DNA of 63,593 nt, counting the filler, from Rhabdomonas costata (taxonomy: Eukaryota): the NCBI GenBank assembly GCA_019059605.1. It is 53 parts of 53 records of this genome, joined end to end, with 100 filler letters (N's around TTAATTAATTAA, not from the genome) between each part and the next. Parts side by side here need not be neighbours in the genome. Positions count along the whole stretch, not along the records: positions 49,268 to 50,369 come from JAHMHO010028523.1; positions 50,470 to 51,571 come from JAHMHO010028524.1; positions 51,672 to 52,773 come from JAHMHO010028525.1; positions 52,874 to 53,975 come from JAHMHO010028526.1; positions 54,076 to 55,177 come from JAHMHO010028527.1; positions 55,278 to 56,379 come from JAHMHO010028528.1; positions 56,480 to 57,579 come from JAHMHO010028529.1; positions 57,680 to 58,781 come from JAHMHO010028530.1; 45 more parts are not named here. The stretch is one strand, 5' to 3'. Below the pieces are notes generated by a model. That model saw only the letters and a list, made by a program, of their open reading frames with translations, searched no databases and was not told the origin of the DNA. Each line of letters begins with the position of its first letter. The stretch's first letter is position 1. Shown here one piece after another: positions 49,952 to 61,118 of the stretch. The position numbers and the translations under genes were made by a program.

Positions 49952-51058
49952 CTGAGAGCAATCGAAAGAAAGAAAGAAATGGCGCGACACAAACGCCGAC
50001 GCAGCGTCCTGTCACATTACAACGTACCATACTCAGAATTTTGGGCCCACCATTGAGGTGGTGACTCCCCTTCGGGTTCTTGTTTTTTTTTGTCAAAGAA
50101 CCGATAGCCAGAGAGAGAGGCGCTGCTCGGGCCGAGGCCGCACTGGGAACCTCCCGCATCAACAAGGGGTCTCTGTATTCTGAAAGGGGAGGAGTGAGCA
50201 AACAGTGCCCACAAAAAGAGCTTATAGAACAAACAAGGGAGGGGTGTTCGTCAATGAAAAGGCCACTCCCAGCGTTTAACCAGAATATCACACCAGATAT
50301 CACACTCAGAACGCGCACTGTGACGTCGAAGATATACCACTCGTAGATTTGGGATTACACACACCAAAANNNNNNNNNNNNNNNNNNNNNNNNNNNNNNN
50401 NNNNNNNNNNNNNTTAATTAATTAANNNNNNNNNNNNNNNNNNNNNNNNNNNNNNNNNNNNNNNNNNNNGGGTTGTGGTGGGGGTAAGGGCCTCCTGGAG
50501 GCCACTCTGAAGTGCTGCCTTGAACTGGTGCAGGTGTCTTGTTTTCCTCTTCATGCGCTTCCGCTGTGGCCTCCGCTCCTCCGCTCCTCTGACTTCCCTG
50601 GCTGCGGTTTTTGAGATAGGTGTGACCTCCTTCTCCTTTAAAATTTCTTAATCTCGCATCTAGCATGTGTTTGGAGTCCATCAGCTATTGTCAGCCCGCG
50701 CGATTCCACTGGTCAGTCGGGTCTCACGGTCAGCTATTCTAGTTTTTCAGGCCCAGGAACTCTCTGTCCTTCTCTCTCACCTATTCTTCTTTTTTATATA
50801 GAACTCTAACGCATTCGACTCATCCTGGCGGAACCTTCTTCCTCCTGCTCTCCCGATCTGCAATTGCGTTTAACGGTTCTGACTTTTTTTTCTCTTTGTC
50901 TGTGTTCTCAGCCACTAGCCTTTTTGTTACGAGGTTCCACTTTTGTGTTTTTGGGTAGGGAGCAATTGCCACTCTTCACAATCGTTCACAGCTAACGCCC
51001 TATGCTTTTGACTTTGACCTTCTTTATAACTGTTTATTGTTATTGTGTTCTTCGAAAG

Positions 51059-51442
51059 GTGTTTGAGCTGGAAGAGGTGACAGAGGAAGAGGCCCTTCGG
51101 GGGATGCAGGAGCAGGCCAAGCAGCCCGCCCTCAACGGCCTCGCTCTGGTGGGGCTGCTGCGCCAGGGCGAGGGCGACGACAGCTACTTCGTCCAGAAGC
51201 TCCTTTGTGGCCCCATCGACCCAAACGTCCAGGATGAGGCCGACGGGAAGACCCCAGTGATTGCTGCAGTTGAAAGTGGGGCGGTGGCCGTGCTGGACAA
51301 CCTCTTGGCCAGGACGGCCTTCCCGGCGAAGCTCAGCCTGGCGGACAAGACCGGCAGCACCCCGGCCCACTGCGCCGCCGAGCTGGGCAGGCTGAAGGAG
51401 ATGGCCGCGCTGGTGAAAGCGGGCGCCTAACCCAACCTGCAG
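51059..51442 (+). CDS. Ankyrin-repeat protein exon with an in-frame TAA at 51428-51430
   Basis: DPNVQDEADGKTPVIAAVESG...DKTGSTPAHCAAELG...LVKAGA*PNLQ|gt. Confidence 0.8.
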
Positions 51443-52873
51443 GTCCATTTAGGGGGGTGGGGTCCGCCCTAACAGGGGGACGAACGTGCTTATGGATGGA
51501 AGTTGAAAGTAAAACGTTCGGTTTCTGTTTTCATTTCCCCTGAATAACCCGTTCTCTCTCCCCCACCAACANNNNNNNNNNNNNNNNNNNNNNNNNNNNN
51601 NNNNNNNNNNNNNNNTTAATTAATTAANNNNNNNNNNNNNNNNNNNNNNNNNNNNNNNNNNNNNNNNNNNNTGTTTTGGGAGTGTTTGGTGGGGTGGTGG
51701 GCGGGGAGGTGATTGTTTCGGGCTTCTGTTTCTGGGGAAATAGGTCCGATTGTTTCATCTTCGCTGGAATACTGCGTATGAGTTGTTCTCGCGGTACCTG
51801 TGCGTTGGAATTAATGGGGGAGTTTCGAAATGAGCATGATTTTTCGCTCAGGACGATGCCGATGGGCAGACGTTGCTCTCTCCGACTGTGCCGCTTCCGG
51901 CTCTGCAGACCCTGTTGGAGTGCGTGGGTCCTCACTCTATGGTTTGTGTTTGTGTGCCTGCATCGATGAATCGTCATGGGCAGGCTGGTTCGCTGCTGGG
52001 TGAATGCTAAGTTACCGTCCAGTTCACAAGTTACGTTCGTGTGTTCATGAGAGGCTCCGCACACTCCGCATATCGTTGTGTGGGAGTTGGTGGATGGATA
52101 CATGCCTGTGTGTCGGTATTTGTGTGGTTACTGCTATGCTTTTCGTTTTGGATGGGCTTGCGATGCCTCACATCCCATCCCATACTTTTCCTACTGTAGG
52201 GCTGTGCTCTGAGGGCGGTGGTGTCTTCCTTCGCAAGCGTGAACCCAGAACCACCCGTCAGTGCGGAGGTTGCTGCGTCGTTCCTCATTGGGGGGGGGGG
52301 TGTATCAAACTATTCTGTTCACGAAGCTGAACGATCAGAAAGAGAACCCGACTCAAAAAGGGAGCTGGAAGGTAGAAATTTGGAAATGGGAAATAAGCCA
52401 AGGCTTCATGCTTTCACATCGCGCTGATCCTCTTTAATAGCCCCCACACACTCCTTGCCCACTTTTTTCTCCACCTTCTCGGCTGGGACTGACATATTTT
52501 AGTTTTATAGCTCTTTTTCGGTTCCGATCACGTTCCCCCGTGAAAAGTCCCAGCCCCCCAAGGAAGAAATGTGGAGTCCCGGAGACATGAGTAGAGCAAT
52601 GCAGGTAGCCGCTGGAAAAGAGCAGCTGCGCGACAAATGCCCGTGGGAAGGGAGGTTACCATTTGTGGAACGTTCGGTGGTGTGCCGGCTCCGGTTCCCC
52701 ACGACACCGTTTGCTCCAACGGCACCTCTAGCGAGCACCCGTAGCCAACAGCGCGTGCGCCGGCCACCAAAAANNNNNNNNNNNNNNNNNNNNNNNNNNN
52801 NNNNNNNNNNNNNNNNNTTAATTAATTAANNNNNNNNNNNNNNNNNNNNNNNNNNNNNNNNNNNNNNNNNNNN

Positions 52874-53713
52874 CCAGGCTGCGGGTCAGCCCGTTGAAGG
52901 CCTGGGTCAGCGCATCCACCTCTTTGTACACGGACCGCGGGAAGGGCACCTGCCGCACATTCATCGAGCACAGCTGCTCCACCTCCTGCACTAGATGGCC
53001 CAAAGGGGCGGTGAACATCCTTGCCAGCATGACCGTCAGCACTGCAGCACTGTACAGAGGTAAAGAGAGATCGGTGGGGGAGAGAGAAGGAAAGCAGTTG
53101 ATTTGTTCAAGCTCATCTTTGAATCTTTGAGATGCTGATGATTTTCGCTGTACAGCGCTCAGCGGTCTTATCTTCCGCGGTCCGCAGCATTGTCTACCCC
53201 CGTCGCACTTGTCTGGCTAAATCTGAAGTTCGTCATCGTTAAACATCTTGCCATACAGCACGCCCCGGCGAACCAGAATGTTCCGAAGCTGCAGTTCGAC
53301 AGCGACAGCTCCATTTTACATCCGGTTATGTTGCGTCACTTGTAAAGAGAGGTCGCAAAAGAGAGAAAAGCGAACGGCGAAATTGTATGCCGTTCACCGA
53401 GGGGGCAAAAAAAACAAAGGCCTGTGACAAAAATGGCTGCTTTTAGCAGCCCATCAATGCAATCTGTACGAACCTCTGTCGTCAGGTTCGTCCACGTGTA
53501 TGAAAAGGGGAGGCAGAACGCGTCCGTGCAACACGTGAAGAGACAACGTTTGGGGAGGTGGGTCGTGCGGGGGGAGTGGGTGACCAGAATGCACGCACGA
53601 ACCTACCTCACAATGACAACGATCACAAACACCAGGGTCAGCGGGAACCCACCGTTCACCATGGCGTTCCAGCCCGCCGCATTCGTGCCAACCACAAGAA
53701 CCCACTGCAACTC
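52874..53713 (-). CDS. TM plus HAMP domain of a receptor-type signalling protein (exons 53713-53607, 53049-52874)
   Basis: Spliced: LQWVLVVGT...LTLVFVIVVIVS|AAVLTVMLARMFTAPLGHLVQEVEQL...SVYKEVDALTQAFNGLTRSL. Confidence 0.78.
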
Positions 53714-55512
53714 CTTGGGAGGGAAATCAAGGAAAACACCCGATAACCGATACCGCGGTGCAGGAAGTCGCGCACACTTCTTCAATTGAAAATGCGAGCA
53801 ACAATTGTCACGAAAAGAAAAGATCCGCACTTCTCTGAAGGCTCCTGAAGGTTTCCAGTTAGACCATGATGAACTCACAAAAACAGCACTGTGAGTACAA
53901 GCAGCAGCGCGCACGGCACGTGATATGGCACCTCTACGTCCATCCGACGAACGTCCACAATGTACCCGCCCACAANNNNNNNNNNNNNNNNNNNNNNNNN
54001 NNNNNNNNNNNNNNNNNNNTTAATTAATTAANNNNNNNNNNNNNNNNNNNNNNNNNNNNNNNNNNNNNNNNNNNNGGGGGTGGTGTGGCAGAAATTACAT
54101 CAGAAGCTTGGTGTGTGCTAGAAGGACGCGGGCCATGTCATGAAGCAGCCAGAGGACCACGCTGTGCCAGCGGAAGGCGCACACCATTCTCAGAGCGCTC
54201 TGGGGGTAACACGACAGAAGTCGTCCCGTCATTGATCGACCGATTTACAGCAGAGCGCACATACTATGATGAAGGCTCTTACACGAATGACCCAAGCATG
54301 AGGGCTGGGGGGCTCAACAGTAGCATTCCACTGACTGCACAAAATAGTGTCTTCTTGCCTGGGCGCACTGTGCCAAAAACACAACAAAAAACGATGTCAG
54401 GCACCAAACCAAACTACAACCCGACATATATAAGCCGACATATGTAAATCGTTTGGTTTTCTATCTTTTGCTCACCCAGAGCACAAGCAAACCCCATTAA
54501 AAGCAACCTTTCACATCCCACGTCTTTCCTCTGCCGTATCTGCCTGTATATTGATGAAAACAAACTGAACACACAGGCGCACAAGTAAAACGCACACTTT
54601 TACCTTAGCGGCATTCACTACGGAGCTCTGGGGCCGAGGCGTCAGGGAGTCCCATGCCCTTTCCAGCCCAGCATTCTCCCCTGGGGGCTCCACAGTAGCC
54701 AGCCACCGCCGAATGCGCTCCGCACCGACAGGATCCCACCCCACAGGGAAGGCATTGCTGAGGGTACTCGCTACCGTGAGGGCCTCCGGAGTGGCCATAC
54801 CCTCCTCATCCTCGACCATCTCCCTCTCCTCCTTTTCGCCGCCATTGGCGCCACCTTGGGAAAGGATGGCAAGGTCCAGGCTCTCGGCGAACGCAAGGGA
54901 GGCGAGGAGCGAGGCCGTCAACCGGGACTTTCCGGGGCTTTCCGGGGCGACGGGATGGGCATCAGCGCCCGAAGCAACGCAGCCCTCTCCATCACTGAGG
55001 GGCCCTCCAGAGCTCGCGACGCCAGAGCGTGGTACTAAAGAAGAAAACCACGCGGAGCAGAAAGTCGCTCGATAGCTTCTTTCCTTTGGGTGGGAAAAAT
55101 CCAGGCATATGGTCATTTTTTGGGTGGTGGCATTTGAAAAAACCCAGCAAACGTTACCCAATCCAGGCAATCTAATANNNNNNNNNNNNNNNNNNNNNNN
55201 NNNNNNNNNNNNNNNNNNNNNTTAATTAATTAANNNNNNNNNNNNNNNNNNNNNNNNNNNNNNNNNNNNNNNNNNNNGTGTGGGTAGGCCACGGTGGGGC
55301 GGCTGAGGCCGAGCCTCTGCTGCAGCGGCTGATGCTGCAGGCTCAGATGCTGCTGCATGCCCCACAGGCGACACCGCTGACGGGATATACCCCTCAGAGC
55401 ATGGCGTCCCCCTCCCCCCGCTATCTCTGCCTCCTTACTGTGACGTGAAGTGATGGAAGAGGGTATTAAGAACGGAGTTTCCGCGAAAAAGTGTATCACA
55501 TCCGCAATTTTC

Positions 55513-56379
55513 TTTTGGTTAGCTTTGAACAAAAACTACATGCCAGTTGAATTTGAACAAGATGTTGCAAGCCTTTCGAAGCATTGGGGTTTCGTTTGGA
55601 CAGCAAAGGAAGACCGCGGCACCGAATCTACCTGGGTGCCTACGTCGGTTCATTTTAAAAGAAGTTTTGAGGTGGAACAGGGAACGTTAAATACACAGTC
55701 CAGTGGTGCCAGGTTGCTCGTACGCAGCCGCCAAACTTACTGCTCGAAAGCGTTTTGGAATGAGCTACTAGTCCAATTTACCGGGCATGTCATGCAGAAG
55801 CTTTGAGAAAGGGTTCTCCCAAGGTATCAATCCGAGGAGTGACTGTTGGTACTGCTTCTCTCACGGGCAGTGGCCGCGGAGCTCCGAAATTGCTTAGCCG
55901 CCCTACTCGCTGCCGTGCCGGTGGTGGTTCAGCGCGGCGAGGCGGCGTGTAAGTGCTGCGCGGCGTACCCCCCGCTGGCGAAGCTCCTGGAGGGCGTTGC
56001 GAAACTAGCGGTGTGCGCGCGCCCATCTGAACATGGTTAATGGATCGATGGATGGAGGTTATGCAATTTGAAGGAGTTTCTTGATGTAATCCATTCAAAG
56101 ACGCTTTTATGTGGCCGCATTTGTGTGTGTGGGAAGGGGGGAGTTCAGTGCTGATTCCTTTAAACGGTCGAAAGTTTCGCTTACTGTTGGTCCGTGGTCT
56201 TCTCCTGCTCTCTTGTGGTGCCGCGTGATAGCTCTTCAGTGTGTGAAGCCAGTTTCCGCTTGTGCCTCTACGCGGCTCACTCTCTGTAATGCTTAACTTT
56301 TTGGGAGCTATTTTTGCAATATAGGGACAGCTTGTTCAAATTCAACTGGCATGTAGTTTTTGTTCAAAGCTAACCAAAA
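55513..56379. repeat. Perfect 49-bp inverted repeats (55513-55561 / 56331-56379) flanking about 770 bp
   Basis: TTTTGGTTAGCTTTGAACAAAAACTACATGCCAGTTGAATTTGAACAAG and its exact reverse complement at the contig end. Confidence 0.9.
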
Positions 56380-57686
56380 NNNNNNNNNNNNNNNNNNNNN
56401 NNNNNNNNNNNNNNNNNNNNNNNTTAATTAATTAANNNNNNNNNNNNNNNNNNNNNNNNNNNNNNNNNNNNNNNNNNNNTGTTGGGTGTCGATTCCGGCC
56501 TTGTCTTGGGGTGCTCTCATGGCCTTTTGCTTAGGTGGCTTTTCTTCGCGTGATTACCACTGCCAATTATCCTTATCTCTGCTAAGCATGATTACACCAC
56601 CACCACCTAAAGCAGAGAGTGCATTCAGCGAGCAACGAACGCCGCAGCGTGGCGAAAAAACTGCATTCGGGCTGCTGGAGAGGAAGTGGGGGGTACCCAG
56701 TCCCACCCAAATATCTTCGTGTTCAGAAAACTTTGAACTATTGAAATTATCGCAGACATTCACAACATCAATCACGAATTATGAATCATGAATAACGTCG
56801 AATTACGTGGAAACCTTGCAATTGGTACAATGGCGAACTACACAAGCGTGACGGCTGACACCCCATGATCAGGGGGGGATGCCCGTAGGTCTTCTTTTTT
56901 GCCCCGCAACACCCTAAGTTTCGAACTAGGACCCAGCAGAACGGCACTTCCCACACTTTGCTCATGGAGGGAGGTCAAACGCTCGCAAACAAAACGGTTT
57001 GAAACAGCAAAGTAACTCAGAAGTCCTTTTGCCCAGCCCTGAGAAGAACAACCTTCGCGCCAACGTTGGGGGAAAAGTGAAGGGCGCTGTGGTAAGGCAA
57101 CCTGCGAGAAGTTTACCCGATAATGCAGGGCCTTGGGGAATGGCGAGGAGAAAGGGCATTGGGCTGCAAAGTGTCAAGAGAAGTTCCGAACAGAAAGGCC
57201 TACCGCAGACCAATAATTACGGAAAATGTGGTGGCAAAAAACATAAACGAGCCCAATAAATTCGCGGGAAAAGAAACAGAGGAGGCACGCAGGCACTGCT
57301 GTTACTGCAGTGGAGGTTGCTCAAAGGAAGAAAGAAGAAAGCCTACCCTCCTTTCAAAATGAGACTGAAAACAAAAGAAACACAGCCCAACCTGGTTCCC
57401 ATTCCCTTCCTGTACCGTGAGTGAATGAAAGATTCAATAAAGGAATGCACGAACAGCTGGAAACTGTGGTACTCCCCTTTCCCCACTGAGAAAGGGGAGT
57501 GCCACAGACGAGAAAAGTAAGAAAAGAACGGTGTCATCATTGCATACAATCAAATGGTGCCATCATTGCACAACCCAACNNNNNNNNNNNNNNNNNNNNN
57601 NNNNNNNNNNNNNNNNNNNNNNNTTAATTAATTAANNNNNNNNNNNNNNNNNNNNNNNNNNNNNNNNNNNNNNNNNNNNGTGTGGT

Positions 57687-57834
57687 GGGTGCAATTCCAT
57701 GTTCAATCCTTTGCGAAGTCGGGAATAACAAAGCACTCCGTTGTTCATGAAACCCGTGAATGCCAGGGAATCATGAACAACGGAGTGCTTTGTTATTCCC
57801 GACTTCGCAAAGGATTGAACATGGAATTGCACCC
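57687..57834. repeat. Perfect 64-bp hairpin, 20-nt loop, at the contig start
   Basis: 57687-57750 is the reverse complement of 57771-57834. Confidence 0.92.
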
Positions 57835-57836
57835 TC

Positions 57837-58064
57837 CTACCCGAGCGAGATGACCATCGAGCAAACCTTCTTCACCGCCTCAATGGCCTGCTCCGCCTTG
57901 GCGCGGGTGCTGAATATCCCATGCATCATCAGGCGGCCCCCCTTGGTGCCCACCGACCCGAACTGCTCCGTGTACAGCAGGAACATCTGCGGGGCGGGGG
58001 TCTCGGCGTAGCCCCGGCGGGCGTTCATCGCGACCAGTCGAGGAAGAAGCCGGCGGCAGAACAT
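57837..58064 (-). CDS. Hypothetical protein with a mitochondrial presequence-like N-terminus
   Basis: MFCRRLLPRLVAMNARRGYA is Arg-rich, has no acidic residues and ends in an R-x-Y cleavage-like motif. GC3-rich. Confidence 0.55.
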   Translation of the reverse strand: MFCRRLLPRLVAMNARRGYAETPAPQMFLLYTEQFGSVGTKGGRLMMHGIFSTRAKAEQAIEAVKKVCSMVISLG

Positions 58065-60929
58065 TCTCAGTGGAGAGAGCTTTTTCAGGAGGAGACTTTG
58101 ACAAAGTTAGCTTGCCTGGCCGAGGGCACAAGAAGATGTGGTTGTGAAAGAAGCTGGCTGAGAGGAAAGGTGCGCCGAGAGGAAATCAAGGAGCGTTGAC
58201 TCCAATGACACCGTTGCTTGCATTTCTCGGTTTCTTTTTTGGTTGAGAGGGGCACGAAGGTTGTTGATGAATCAGATGTGTTGAACATGGGCCGGGGGTT
58301 ACAAAAGAGGAGAAACACCAACACATCCATTTTGCTTCCATTTGCTACCGCTTTCTCTACTATTCAGATCACGGCATGCCGCATTGCCGGCAAAGATCAT
58401 TACACCCTCTGCCGAAAACGGATGAGGAGAATCCATTGCCAGCTCGACATAAAGTGAAAGCTGTGCAGTCACGTTCCTTTTGCTCGAATAAGTATGGACA
58501 CCAGCATATTGACAATGCAGTGCAACAGCGCATCAGAGCAATGTAGGCGGAATCAACGTCCCTCATCTGAGGACGTCCCGGCACTGCTGAATCATAGTGT
58601 TCGGCACTGGTGGAGGGAATCCGGCACACAGAGGAAAGGAAATGTTCAGCTTCCACCGCACCGCGGTTGCTGGGACACCTCTTTTGAAAACATCGACAAC
58701 ATGCACTTCGAGCAAAGGCCACCGCACGCAACCCCCACCGAACTTTCAACCATTTCCACTTACCACTTTCCCATTAATTTTNNNNNNNNNNNNNNNNNNN
58801 NNNNNNNNNNNNNNNNNNNNNNNNNTTAATTAATTAANNNNNNNNNNNNNNNNNNNNNNNNNNNNNNNNNNNNNNNNNNNNGGTTTTTTGGGAGGATTGG
58901 CTGACTTCGCCAGCGTAACCCTTTCCCTTTGTTCAGCAACGAAGTGAATGCCCAAGTGTTCTTATGCATTTTCTAGCCTTTGGTGGGGTTGTCCGCCTGT
59001 TGTGATAAACAGGCAACCAAAGTGCGCTTTGTGGGAGTGCCATCGGACTTTTGTGGTTTCGATTGCTTTAGTTTCGGCAGACGGCGGTGTGAAAAGCCCT
59101 CCCTTGTCGCTGAAGAAGATTCCACCAGTCAACGATTTGAGGGTTGACTTTGGTAGGCTGTTTCATTCCTTTTTTTCCTTTGGCGTTTCTGTGAATATGG
59201 AGATTTCGGCGGTGGGGTTTACCTCCTTTGAAGGAATCAATGATGGAAACCGTCACCTCTACTGACCAGCAATGAAGTGGATTTTGGTCTTCCTGAGCAC
59301 ATCCTCGTCATTCGAGGGACGTTTTGTACGTTTGCTTTCGAAGTGGGTGGTGGGCATTGGAGGGGCACCGGGAGCAGCAATGGCTTTTGCTGCCCTTGTG
59401 GGGGGATCTCTTTTGTGCATTCAACCGCCTAAAGGCCTGGGTGTGATAAATTTCGATTTGCCCTTGCGGCGAGGCATTTTACCTGTCTCTTCTCAAGTTG
59501 GTGATCTTCATCAGTTTTTGGGGTTGGATTGTAAGGACCTTTTCAAAGAAAAGGATGGATGGTGGCTATTATCGGTACTTTGCAGTATCGAACGAGCGGA
59601 GTACATGCGGAGGACGGAGGGGTGAGATTGGAGGGGGCGCAAAGCATGACAACAAGAGGGCCAGGTGGCAGCACGTTTAATAGAGAGTGGTTGAGATGGG
59701 GAAGTCGTTTTTTCCACGATGGGGTGGGGGGATTAGTTCAGCTCTGTGCAAACGCTGGGGACGATGGTTTTAATTGCCGACTTGTGGTGCTTTTTGTACG
59801 GATGCTGTGTTCTGCCTTTCGGACTCTATGATGTCCATCTCACCTCTGGGATGACGTTCCATGATTACTGTTTTCGATGCTGAGGAAGGCAACGTGGACA
59901 TCCGCGGGAAATGTACTTCAGTGCGGCGTGATGCTAAATTTGGTTCTGGGTTGACGATCAATGATGACACTCTCAAATGCTGANNNNNNNNNNNNNNNNN
60001 NNNNNNNNNNNNNNNNNNNNNNNNNNNTTAATTAATTAANNNNNNNNNNNNNNNNNNNNNNNNNNNNNNNNNNNNNNNNNNNNGTTGGGAGGCCAGAAAG
60101 CTGGGAGAAGGAGCTTAGGGAGAAAAAGGTTGGAAAAGAACAGAAGACGTGGAAGAAGGTGGAAATAGAAGCGGATATCAAAACAGGAGCACGACCTAAA
60201 AGTTAGGTTTGACTTTCTCTATCACCAAAAGGCGCTCCTCAGAAGGTCGTGTTTCGATCATTCGAAAGCAAACTGCACTCCTCGACAAAGGTAAGCAGTT
60301 GAGAGAAACCTGAGACAAAAGTCACGCTGTGGGCTCGAGGGTGGCTCCCAATCGTTTGTCATCGGTCTCGCGTCTCGCGTCCCCAAACACTTTGTATGTG
60401 TGTAAGATTTTGTATGTGGTGGTGTGGTGTGGTGTGTATGCCAGGCAGAGAGAAGGACAACGTCCGAACACTTGTGTTCTACACAAAAGGAGGGGCAGGG
60501 GAAAGGAGCTTTCAGCCCTACCTTCACGTCAGGTGTGTTCTGTGCACTTCTCTATAACACAAACATACATACAGAGTGCACTAACGTGGAGGAATTGGCG
60601 CTGCCGCTGTGCCACTGGGATTTTTCGTGGGACGCTTGCTCGATACCAATTTAAATTAATGCGCGAGTGGGTGGGTGCAATACGCCTCCAGCTAAAACGA
60701 CATTGCCCTTCTTGCCACTAAATAAAATGACTGCCCCCACCCCCTCCCCTAGCCCAGACGTTGCATTTACAGAAACAAAGTTCCCCCACCGCAGAGATAA
60801 CAACTGCAATGCTGGCCCGCACTTCCAGAAAAATTAGCCAACTGCACTGATAATAACCACACAGAATTAATGATTACGACGGAGGAGTAATGGCGTCCCT
60901 TCAGCAAATAAAAGGGTGAGGCGGCAGAG

Positions 60930-61118
60930 GAGTGCCGTGGTAAGGGTAGCCAAGCCCTCGTCGGAGATCTGGTTGTGCTCCAGCTCCAGGGCGGTGAGCG
61001 AGGGGCACGCCGCCAAAACATCCGCCAGGTGCGCGCACCCCGCGTCGGTAATCACGTTGTGGTTGAGCATGATCCGCTGCACCCCATTCTCAAAGTTGCT
61101 CAGAAAGTACGCCAGAAT
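60930..61118 (-). CDS. RNI-like leucine-rich-repeat exon (3' boundary uncertain)
   Basis: VQRIMLNHNVITDAGCAHLADVLAACPSLTALELEHNQISDEGLATL. Confidence 0.85.

Noticed and set aside
59272..59983. KEKDGWW...SVL as an RT-like remnant
   Set aside because: A single short motif with no downstream RT boxes in frame.
60867..60940. Non-canonical (euglenid-type) intron after the LRR exon
   Set aside because: The exon end cannot be fixed without cDNA, and GT/GC donors are available nearby.
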